Below are positions 20,731-28,834 of a stretch of 64,000 nucleotides of DNA, in pieces. The stretch comes from a virus: positions 37,923-101,922 of IMG/VR virus record IMGVR_UViG_3300042883_000874; one strand, written 5' to 3'. The notes under the pieces were generated by a model. That model did no database searches. It worked only from the letters and a program-made list of their open reading frames with translations, and was not told the DNA's origin. Positions within the stretch are counted from its first letter, which is position 1; each line of letters opens with the position of its first letter. Both the position numbers and the translations under genes were made by a program.

Positions 20731-23079
20731 ATGAGCTGTGTAAATCCCAATGATTCTTTATTTAAGATTTTACTTAAAAAAGTTAAAAATCCTTTATTAG
20801 CTGAGATTGAGTTTGATAAACAGTCTGAAGGTGAACCTGTAAATAAAGCTGAGGCTTCTTATGATAAAGCTCTTATTAAAAATGCTGGCAATGATGTATC
20901 TAAAATATTTGAAAACTATCTTGCTCAATTTGGTATCACTGTAAAAGATATCAATGAAGTAAAAGATAAGTTAAATATTGATGAAGTAGGTTATGCTGAC
21001 ATTCTATCTAAGATTGCCTTTGTTAAAGACAGGAAAAACTTGCCAGAAATAGCTGGTGAATTCATTGCTTACATGATGAAACATAATGGTCTTGTAAAAG
21101 ACATTATATTAGACTTTGCAAAGAATGATGCTAAACTAAAGATAAAAAAGAGTGCTATATACTATGTAGCATCAGGTTTAGGTAAAAGTGTTTTGGCTAA
21201 AAAAAATCCTAACAAGTTTGTTGATATGGATGATTTATTATTTAAAGCTGTTAAGAATATAACAGGTTTAGATATGAATACTATGGATGCATCTATGGAG
21301 CTTAACAAAAATGAAGATGTTGGTAAAGAACTTGTAAAATTAATAGAAGCAGTAAGTGATACTAAAATTATATTAAGTCCTTTAAATGAGGCTAAAATTA
21401 AAAACTTAGGCTTAACATATAAGAAATTCTTTGTTCCTAGTGCAGAGAATATACCTAACATAATAAAAGGTATATCTGAAAGATCTACTAATCCTTATGA
21501 TATTGATGAAGAGTTATATAATGAGTTGTATGTAGATAGAGTATCTAAAAATAAAAATGTTTTTCAAGTTAATAACTATATTGAGAATGAGTTTGAAAAT
21601 TTAAGTACTGATACTCAAAACTTAGAAGAATTCTTAGATAGAGGTGATTATGTTACTACTAATAATTATAGTGATTTATTAAAAGATCAAGACTATTTTA
21701 AAAGAATAGGTATTCTAATTGCTAATGAACTACAAGGTAGATATGATATTTCAAATGATAAGTCATTAGTAAGTAAAATCAAGAAGATTATTAGTAAGTT
21801 CTTTGGGTTATTTAAGAAATCTGATGTTACTACTATTAATAAAAACATTGGTATTATTGTAGATAATGTAGTTAAGCAAAATAAAAACTTTATTACAGCA
21901 AGTATATATAAACCAGGAGCTGAAGGTAAGATTACCAAACCTGTATCCATTAAACAAGCTTTATTAAAAGATGAGTTTGGTAAAAAAATTATATATAAGC
22001 TTTCACAAAAAGGTTTTATTCTTACAGGATCTACAGCTTTATCAGAACAGGGTACTATATTAAGACCAAATGAGAACCCTTTACATGATATTGATTGGGT
22101 AAGCCCTTTCTCTAGAGAAGAGACAGATAAAATTTTTAAAGAAGTGTATCCTGATGCTATTTTTGTCAGAGACATTCAAGATGTAAAAGGAGGCTATACT
22201 ACTGATAGTTATTTAATAGCTCCAGAAGGTTATGAAATTAAAGGTTATGAGGCCAAAAAATATGGTGATAAAATTATTATAGATTCTTATAGTGTTGTAG
22301 ATAAAAAAACTGAGGAAACTGTAGGTACTTATGCTTTAGAGTTTGATGAGGTTAAGAATAAAATGGTTGAAAAGGAAAATGGTGTAACTGGTAAAGTTAT
22401 TGACTTTTTTAGCTATGAAGATTACCAAAAATCAAATAAAAATGAAGCCTTTGAATTTGTTACTTCTGATAAAGTTTCTATTAAATTAGCTAATTGGAAA
22501 GATATCTTTGCTGCTAAATTAAAATTTGCAAGATATAAAGACATATGGGATTATAACAGGTTTGTACCTAATGAGAATATTCAAGAGATAGATGAGGAGA
22601 TAAATGATTATATTACTAAAAAAGTTATTAAAAACTTTGGAATAGCAATTCCTGGTAAAGATAGTGAGCCTCTTGTTCCTAAAGCAGAAACTGATAAGTT
22701 TAATAATGCTGTTATGATGAACAATAATATATTACCATCTGAGTTTTTTACAGGTATAAATAATGTTCATAATTGGAAACTTAATAAGAAAAATCTATAT
22801 AATTTAGTAGATAAAGACACTAAAGAAATATACTTAAGAGATGTAAACCTTAAAACAGGTTATATGGAAGAAGGAGATGTTATAGTTACACCTATCAATG
22901 TTGCTGAACAAGCTGAGACAATAGATTCTGTAAACAATAGTATAGAAAAATATAGACTTGATGAAATTTTAGCTGAAAAAGGTTATGATGCAAATGATAT
23001 TATTAGTAATTTAGAGGCTGCAACAACCCAAGAAGAATTAAATAAGATTATTAACAAATTATTAAAACTGATATGCTAG
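20731..23079 (+). CDS. Virion polyvalent protein with P-loop kinase-like and Pol-beta-fold nucleotidyltransferase-like domains
   Basis: YYVASGLGKS...FVDMD (~21160-21235); FILTGSTAL...HDIDW (~22015-22098). Confidence 0.6.
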   Translation: MSCVNPNDSLFKILLKKVKNPLLAEIEFDKQSEGEPVNKAEASYDKALIKNAGNDVSKIFENYLAQFGITVKDINEVKDKLNIDEVGYADILSKIAFVKDRKNLPEIAGEFIAYMMKHNGLVKDIILDFAKNDAKLKIKKSAIYYVASGLGKSVLAKKNPNKFVDMDDLLFKAVKNITGLDMNTMDASMELNKNEDVGKELVKLIEAVSDTKIILSPLNEAKIKNLGLTYKKFFVPSAENIPNIIKGISERSTNPYDIDEELYNELYVDRVSKNKNVFQVNNYIENEFENLSTDTQNLEEFLDRGDYVTTNNYSDLLKDQDYFKRIGILIANELQGRYDISNDKSLVSKIKKIISKFFGLFKKSDVTTINKNIGIIVDNVVKQNKNFITASIYKPGAEGKITKPVSIKQALLKDEFGKKIIYKLSQKGFILTGSTALSEQGTILRPNENPLHDIDWVSPFSREETDKIFKEVYPDAIFVRDIQDVKGGYTTDSYLIAPEGYEIKGYEAKKYGDKIIIDSYSVVDKKTEETVGTYALEFDEVKNKMVEKENGVTGKVIDFFSYEDYQKSNKNEAFEFVTSDKVSIKLANWKDIFAAKLKFARYKDIWDYNRFVPNENIQEIDEEINDYITKKVIKNFGIAIPGKDSEPLVPKAETDKFNNAVMMNNNILPSEFFTGINNVHNWKLNKKNLYNLVDKDTKEIYLRDVNLKTGYMEEGDVIVTPINVAEQAETIDSVNNSIEKYRLDEILAEKGYDANDIISNLEAATTQEELNKIINKLLKLIC

Positions 23080-26000
23080 CCTGCCCAATTGAATCAAGTG
23101 ATGAGTGGAAAAAGACATTAGCTGATGCTAATGGTGATAGAGATGCTGCACTTATAGAATGGAGAAAACCTGATGGTTTTGGTTCAAAAGATGAGTTTAA
23201 CTTAGAAGTTGATGGAGAAACTTTTGAAACAGAAAGACCTGGGCCAACAGAACCTTTAGAGCCTGAAGTAAAACCTGATAAGTTTTCTAAATTAATAGAT
23301 GATATTAAAGTATATCTTACTACACAATACACTATCTTAACTAAAAAGAAGATTGCTGATCAACCTGAAAAGCAAGCTAGATTGCAAAAGGTTATTGATG
23401 ACTTTGCAGCTCTTGAAGGAGTTGAGTCTATAACAATGTTTATTGATGATGCTTATAAAAAATCCCAACTTGCTAAAGATAGATTTGCTAAGATTATTGC
23501 TAATGAAAAGAACTTAACAAGTAGAGAATTAATGCAAGAGTTATCTGCTATTAATGAATTTGCTAATGGTTATTCTATTCTTGATGAGATTAATAAACAA
23601 GATATTTTTGATTTCTTTAGTGAAAAGGTAGATCCTTCTATTCCAGAAGCACTACTTACTCCTGCTCAAAAACTTACAAGAGCTATTGAAATAAAAAATA
23701 ATATAAATCAACAATTTGTTGAAATTGGTAGACCTTTAATAGCTGAGTTTTTATTAGATTATAAATCAGAAAATATTGGAGAAGATATAATGCCTGAAGT
23801 AACTAAACTTCAAGAACAAATTAAAGCTATTGAAAATGATAGTTCTAAAAATGAAGCTGAAAAACTTAAAGCTATAGAACCTTTACAAAAAAGACTTGAT
23901 AAGTTTCAATCTTTTGTTCTTGATAAAGACTCAATGATAGAGCTTTTAAAAGAAGCTAGTTCTGATGAGAGTGTACTTTCTTACTTAATTGATCCTTTAA
24001 TTAGTTCTAAAGATGCTGCTTTAGGTTTATTTGCTAAAGCTATAAAGAGTCAACTTACTTATGCTAATGTAAAGAATGTTGAAACTAAAAATGAATGGGC
24101 TAAATACTTTTTAGATTATGCAGATTCTACTTCAATAAGCAGAAACAATGTAGCAGAATTTAATGAAGGTATTTATGAGTATGTAGAAGAAAGTTATACA
24201 GATAGTGTAACAGGAGAAATTGTTACTAAAAGAATTCCTCATTTTGTACAAAAATATGACATGACTGCTTATAATAAAGCAGCAAAAGCTGAACAAAAAA
24301 GAAGAGGTTTAGCTCCTGTTTTAAGTGCAAATCCTACAGAATATGAGCAAAAGAAACTTGATAAGTATAATGAAGGACTTGGTAAATGGTATTCTGAAAA
24401 TAAACAATCTAAACCTATTGAAGAGATAGAAGCTATTATTGCTAGTAAGAAAAAAGAACTAGAAAAAAACTTAATTAGTCAAAAAGAATATGATGACTGG
24501 TATAGTTCTAGAGTTTTTAAAACTAAAAATGGTACTATTCAATATAGGTGGGAAATGACTCAGCCATCAGAAAAGTATCTTAATCCAAAATGGTCAGCTC
24601 TTTATGATATAAATGGTAAACCTATTGGAGAAAAAGGAAAACTACATCAGTTTTATTTAAAAACTTACTTTGAAGCTCAAGAACTTCTTCCTGAATCACA
24701 AAAATTAGGATACAGATTACCTGATGTTCCTAAAGAAGATTATGAAAGAGTTTTATCTAATGGTCTTATTGATACAGTTACTGAGAACTTTAAAGATGCT
24801 ACACAAATTAGAGCTCAAGATTCACAACAATATGGTACAGCTAATGCATCAAACTTAGGTGTTAAGTTTATACCTGTTCATTATACTCAAAAAAGTTTAG
24901 CTCCTGAAGATATAAGTCTTGATTTAGGTAAATCTGTATTATTATTTAGTGCAATGTCTAATAGATTTCATGCTTTAAATGAAGTAAATGCTGAGATATC
25001 TTTGTTTAAAACAGTTGTTGGAGCTAGAACTGTTGCTGAAACTAACAGCAAAGGAGAGCCTATAATGAATCAAATTGCTAATAAGCAAAACATTGTAAGA
25101 TTTCTTAAAAAAAATGGAGAAAGTTATTCTCAAAAACATGTTGATGACTTTATTGATATGATTGTATATGGAGAAACACAAGCAGCTGAAGAGTTATTTG
25201 GTTTATCTATGAGTAAAATTACAAATACAGCCAGTGGTATATCTGCAGTAACATCTCTTTCATTAGATGCATTAAAGGGTATGGCCAATAACTTACAAGG
25301 TAATATCCAAATGATTATTGAAGCTAACTCTGGACAGTTTTTTGCTAAGTCTAATTTAGCTAATGGTAAAGGTTTTTATTGGAAATCTGTACCTTCTATG
25401 CTTGCTGACTTTGGTCAACCAACTCCTACTAGTTTATTAGGACAACTTGCTGAATTTTATGATGCCATACAAGGAGAATTTATTGATCAGTATGGTAAAA
25501 AAGTAACAGGAACTGCAGCTTTAAGATTAATGAGTATAGATACTATATTCTTTAACCAATCTTTTGCTGAACATGAAATTCAAGTATCAGGTATGTGTGC
25601 TTTAATGGATGCTACAATGGTTACTGATAAAAATACAGGAGAAGTAATAAGTCTTTTACAAGCTCATATTCTCTATGGAGCATATGGTGTTGCAGAAAAT
25701 ACTAACTTCTCTGAGAAAAAAAGACAAAACTTTCAAAATACTTTACATGCTTTAAATAAAAGAATGCATGGTGTCTATAATGAGTTTGATAAAGGTACAT
25801 CTCAAAAATATTCTGTAAGTAGATTAGCTATAATGTATAGAAAGCATTTAGTACCAGGATACCGTAGAAGATTTAATGACTTAGCAATGGATCAAGAACT
25901 TGGTACATTTACTGAAGGTTACTATAGAACTTTTTGGGATTTATTTTTCAAAGATTTAGTAACTTTTAAATGGAACATGATTGAAGGGTGGTCTACATAT

Positions 26001-26441
26001 ACTCCTTTTCAAAAAGCTCAGATGAAAAGAGTTATAGCTGAACTTGCAACAATTGTAACTACTACAGCTTTAATAGCAATACTTACTTCTATGGGAGATG
26101 ATGATGATGAATTAAAAGACAATTATGCTTATAACTTTGCTTTGTATGAGTTAGTAAGGATGAAGAGTGAAACATCTTCTTATATATCGCCTCCTGATGC
26201 ATATAGAGTTGTTAGATCTCCAACAGCAATGACTAGTACTCTAGAAAGAGTTATTAAATTTACTAATCAGTTTTTCTTAACTTGGGATCCAGATGAGTTA
26301 GACTTTAAGAGAAAATCTGGAGTATGGGATAAAGGTGATAATAAGTCATGGGCATACTTCTTGAAGATGATGGGTTACTCTGGATATAATCTTAAACCAG
26401 AAGAAGCTGTTGAATCATTCCAAGGTACATTAAAAAAATAA
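23073..26441 (+). CDS. Large virion protein (1122 aa), last gene of the RNAP block
   Basis: Helical ORF with a C-terminal hydrophobic helix followed by acidic GDDDDE; position typical of crAss-like cargo genes. Confidence 0.6.
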   Translation: MLACPIESSDEWKKTLADANGDRDAALIEWRKPDGFGSKDEFNLEVDGETFETERPGPTEPLEPEVKPDKFSKLIDDIKVYLTTQYTILTKKKIADQPEKQARLQKVIDDFAALEGVESITMFIDDAYKKSQLAKDRFAKIIANEKNLTSRELMQELSAINEFANGYSILDEINKQDIFDFFSEKVDPSIPEALLTPAQKLTRAIEIKNNINQQFVEIGRPLIAEFLLDYKSENIGEDIMPEVTKLQEQIKAIENDSSKNEAEKLKAIEPLQKRLDKFQSFVLDKDSMIELLKEASSDESVLSYLIDPLISSKDAALGLFAKAIKSQLTYANVKNVETKNEWAKYFLDYADSTSISRNNVAEFNEGIYEYVEESYTDSVTGEIVTKRIPHFVQKYDMTAYNKAAKAEQKRRGLAPVLSANPTEYEQKKLDKYNEGLGKWYSENKQSKPIEEIEAIIASKKKELEKNLISQKEYDDWYSSRVFKTKNGTIQYRWEMTQPSEKYLNPKWSALYDINGKPIGEKGKLHQFYLKTYFEAQELLPESQKLGYRLPDVPKEDYERVLSNGLIDTVTENFKDATQIRAQDSQQYGTANASNLGVKFIPVHYTQKSLAPEDISLDLGKSVLLFSAMSNRFHALNEVNAEISLFKTVVGARTVAETNSKGEPIMNQIANKQNIVRFLKKNGESYSQKHVDDFIDMIVYGETQAAEELFGLSMSKITNTASGISAVTSLSLDALKGMANNLQGNIQMIIEANSGQFFAKSNLANGKGFYWKSVPSMLADFGQPTPTSLLGQLAEFYDAIQGEFIDQYGKKVTGTAALRLMSIDTIFFNQSFAEHEIQVSGMCALMDATMVTDKNTGEVISLLQAHILYGAYGVAENTNFSEKKRQNFQNTLHALNKRMHGVYNEFDKGTSQKYSVSRLAIMYRKHLVPGYRRRFNDLAMDQELGTFTEGYYRTFWDLFFKDLVTFKWNMIEGWSTYTPFQKAQMKRVIAELATIVTTTALIAILTSMGDDDDELKDNYAYNFALYELVRMKSETSSYISPPDAYRVVRSPTAMTSTLERVIKFTNQFFLTWDPDELDFKRKSGVWDKGDNKSWAYFLKMMGYSGYNLKPEEAVESFQGTLKK

Positions 26442-26453
26442 ACTTATATAACA

Positions 26454-26588
26454 ATGGCAAAAGTACAAGTATCAATGACAATGGCTGCTAAGCCAAAGAT
26501 TACTAGAAAAGGAGTAGTAGCTAAAAGCAAAACTTCTAAGAATAAAAACAGTAAGAACTACAAAAAACCTAATGTAGGTCAGGGATAA
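26454..26588 (+). CDS. Small basic protein, 44 aa (MAKVQVSMTMAAKPKITRKGVVAKSKTSKNKNSKNYKKPNVGQG)
   Basis: Translated by hand; A-rich start context; ends at the terminator; missed by the ORF track. Confidence 0.7.
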   Translation: MAKVQVSMTMAAKPKITRKGVVAKSKTSKNKNSKNYKKPNVGQG

Positions 26589-26625
26589 AAAAAAATAGGC
26601 TACCCCGAAGGATAGCCTGTATTTT
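26587..26625. terminator. Bidirectional intrinsic terminator between convergent modules
   Basis: A-run, AGGCTA/TAGCCT stem, then T-rich tail, located at the strand switch. Confidence 0.8.
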
Positions 26626-27007
26626 ATTTGTTTAGTATTCTTGCAATGTTAGGTGGGAAGTACTTGTTACTTTTCATGATTTTTCCATCTTCTCTGAATA
26701 ATGGTTCACCATTCTCATCAAGTTTGGACATGTTAGATTCTTGTATTTCATTAAATACATCTTCAATTATGTTTTGCATACCATGCTTCAGTATTGTACC
26801 ACAAAGGATATATAACTGATCCCCTAAAGCATCAGCTATTTCTATCATATCTTTTTGTTTACAAGCTTCTAAATACTCTTCATTCTCTTCAGCCATAAGT
26901 GTATGTCTTAATAAGAAATCATTTTCTGGTAATAACTGAGGTTCAGTACCATCTTTTTGTTTGAATACTCTGTGGAATGTAGCCACCTTGTTTAATTGCT
27001 CTTGCAT
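26624..27007 (-). CDS. MazG-like / PRA-PH nucleoside triphosphate pyrophosphohydrolase
   Basis: EENEEY...EIADALGDQLY...SNMSKL...REDGKIMK. Confidence 0.9.
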   Translation of the reverse strand: MQEQLNKVATFHRVFKQKDGTEPQLLPENDFLLRHTLMAEENEEYLEACKQKDMIEIADALGDQLYILCGTILKHGMQNIIEDVFNEIQESNMSKLDENGEPLFREDGKIMKSNKYFPPNIARILNK

Positions 27008-27008
27008 A

Positions 27009-27659
27009 TTATATTATTTGATTTTGGGTTAATATTTCTCTTACTTTAGTTATCAAATCTGACATACTACCATTGTTGTCTATCACATAATCAAAGTTAT
27101 GATCATCAAGAGCTGTTTCTGAGGGGTGTGGTACTCCTATACCATGATGTACTCTTATATTTTCAGAAATTTGTTTAAATCTTTGTATTCTAATAGTAAT
27201 ACCATTTCTAGATTTTACAGCATCAAACTCATTAGGGAATCTCATGTCTGTAATAATCCAATTTTGGTTAGTATAATCAGCATATAAAGCATTGACCCAT
27301 ACATTTTCATGTAAACCATTTCTCATAGCTTCTGTACCAAGTTTTTGAAGTAACTCTCTATAAGTCATTCCCCAATCAGAACCTATTTGTAATTTCTTAA
27401 ACTCTTGATCTTCAAGTTGTTCTAAAGTACATCCAGTTAATATACAAGCAATCTCTTTGAGTTTGCCTGCATATTTTTTTATTTCCCAATGTTTGTGGTT
27501 AAATGGATAACCTGCAGTTTTTAAGTTTACCCATTCCTCAAAAGACATATTAGTAGATAAACCTTGACTATTTGCAGCTTTAAACCAATCAAGATACTGT
27601 ATAATTAAACCTACAGTGTCTTTTCCTGAGCCTATGCGGCCTGAAATAGCCAAAATCAT
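27009..27659 (-). CDS. Deoxynucleoside monophosphate kinase
   Basis: GRIGSGKDT P-loop, RELLQKLGTE, ITDMRFPNE, HPSETALD. Confidence 0.9.
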   Translation of the reverse strand: MILAISGRIGSGKDTVGLIIQYLDWFKAANSQGLSTNMSFEEWVNLKTAGYPFNHKHWEIKKYAGKLKEIACILTGCTLEQLEDQEFKKLQIGSDWGMTYRELLQKLGTEAMRNGLHENVWVNALYADYTNQNWIITDMRFPNEFDAVKSRNGITIRIQRFKQISENIRVHHGIGVPHPSETALDDHNFDYVIDNNGSMSDLITKVREILTQNQII

Positions 27660-28360
27660 TGTAATATATTTTTATAAGTCCAATAAAACCCACCAGAAGA
27701 TTTTGAAACCTCTCTAGCACATTGCCCTATACCTTCTACATTTATGTTTAAGGTAGATCCTGCTTCTTTAGCAGTATTCCATTTTTTTATCATAATTGTT
27801 TTTTCTTTATTAAATTGATATACATTTTTATCAGGTTTAAGTTTAAATCCTTTTATTCCATTATTCCAAGGTATAAATCCTTTTTTAAAAACAGTTTTTG
27901 TCAGATTTTTAGATCTATATATACTAGCACATTTTTTAGAACAGGTTATTTTACGAGCAGTAACACATGATGAAAAAGATTCATTACATGTAATACATAT
28001 TTTCTTATTACCTATACCTGTATTCCAAGGAATTTGCCCTTTTTTAAAAGAAGTTTGATTACCTGTTTCAAGACCATCTCCTCCAAGTGTATGATTGCAA
28101 AGAGTAAATCCCCAAACTTTAAACTGAGAAATCCAGTATTTTTCCCAAAACTTCCAATCAGAATCTACCTCATCAATTATTTCAAAGAGGGGTCTTAATT
28201 TTTGAGTTTTTAATAAATTAATCCAGTTTCTTTTATGAGTACCTTTATCTCTAGCAATATTGCTATGATTATGTTTTCTCTGTTTAGGGTTTACAGTTTT
28301 ACCTACATACCGTACTTCATTAGTAATAGGATGAGATAATGTATAAATATATGTTTTCAT
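27656..28360 (-). CDS. GIY-YIG homing endonuclease with NUMOD-type DNA-binding repeats; likely start 28360
   Basis: YIYTL...RYVGKT, E..WI; repeated FKKG.IPWN.G; C-terminal NUMOD1-like SSGGFYW. Confidence 0.85.
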   Translation of the reverse strand: MKTYIYTLSHPITNEVRYVGKTVNPKQRKHNHSNIARDKGTHKRNWINLLKTQKLRPLFEIIDEVDSDWKFWEKYWISQFKVWGFTLCNHTLGGDGLETGNQTSFKKGQIPWNTGIGNKKICITCNESFSSCVTARKITCSKKCASIYRSKNLTKTVFKKGFIPWNNGIKGFKLKPDKNVYQFNKEKTIMIKKWNTAKEAGSTLNINVEGIGQCAREVSKSSGGFYWTYKNILQ

Positions 28361-28364
28361 GATA

Positions 28365-28396
28365 CAAATATACATTATCTTTTTCTTATATACAAA
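28365..28396 (-). promoter_or_regulatory. Bacteroidota primary-sigma promoter for the endonuclease
   Basis: TTTG-N20-TATATTTG, 4 nt before ATG 28360. Confidence 0.75.
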
Positions 28397-28433
28397 TGCC
28401 ACTTCCCAGTTTACCAGATATACCTATAATCAT
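28386..28433 (-). pseudogene. Stranded original 5' end of the dNMP kinase (MIIGISGKLGSG-ICI*)
   Basis: Matches kinase N-terminus MILAISGRIGSG; translationally coupled to the upstream stop (TAATG). Confidence 0.75.
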
Positions 28434-28654
28434 TAGTTTATAGTTTTAGCTTTGATTAAACCTTCATTAATTAAATCTGTAGCTGTTCTTCCAAACCAGC
28501 CTTGTAATTTCCATGCTAAACCTGTGTCAACTAAGTGTTGCCAAGCTTTTAGCATGTCTTCTTGAGAGTCACACTCAAGAAAACCTTCAGCAATTCCTAC
28601 TGCTGTAAAATCATCAAATGTTTCTTCACTTGTTTGTGCATTAAGTGTTTTCAT
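28433..28654 (-). CDS. Small phage protein
   Basis: AWQHLVDTGLAWKLQGWFGRTA motif; operon context. Confidence 0.7.
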   Translation of the reverse strand: MKTLNAQTSEETFDDFTAVGIAEGFLECDSQEDMLKAWQHLVDTGLAWKLQGWFGRTATDLINEGLIKAKTIN

Positions 28655-28663
28655 ATATTTTTT

Positions 28664-28834
28664 TTATTTTTTTTGTTTTTCTTGAGCTTCTTCCTTTTCT
28701 ATTATCTTGATTAAATCTTCAAGATCAAGTTGGGCTCCTACTTTGAATTGTACTTCTGTAGGTTTTATACCTGTAACCTTATTATGCTCATTCTCTTGTG
28801 CACTAAATAAGTTTTCTGTGGTGTTATCTGCCAT
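28664..28834 (-). CDS. Small hypothetical protein, 56 aa (MADNTTENLF...)
   Basis: Translated by hand; coupled to the polB stop. Confidence 0.5.
   Translation of the reverse strand: MADNTTENLFSAQENEHNKVTGIKPTEVQFKVGAQLDLEDLIKIIEKEEAQEKQKK

Noticed and set aside
2199-26819. Short antisense or alternate-frame ORFs inside the large genes (also plus-strand ORFs at 28707, 32248, 38230, 39948, 41052, 51779, 52475)
   Set aside because: Shadows of strongly biased coding strands, with no start context or motifs
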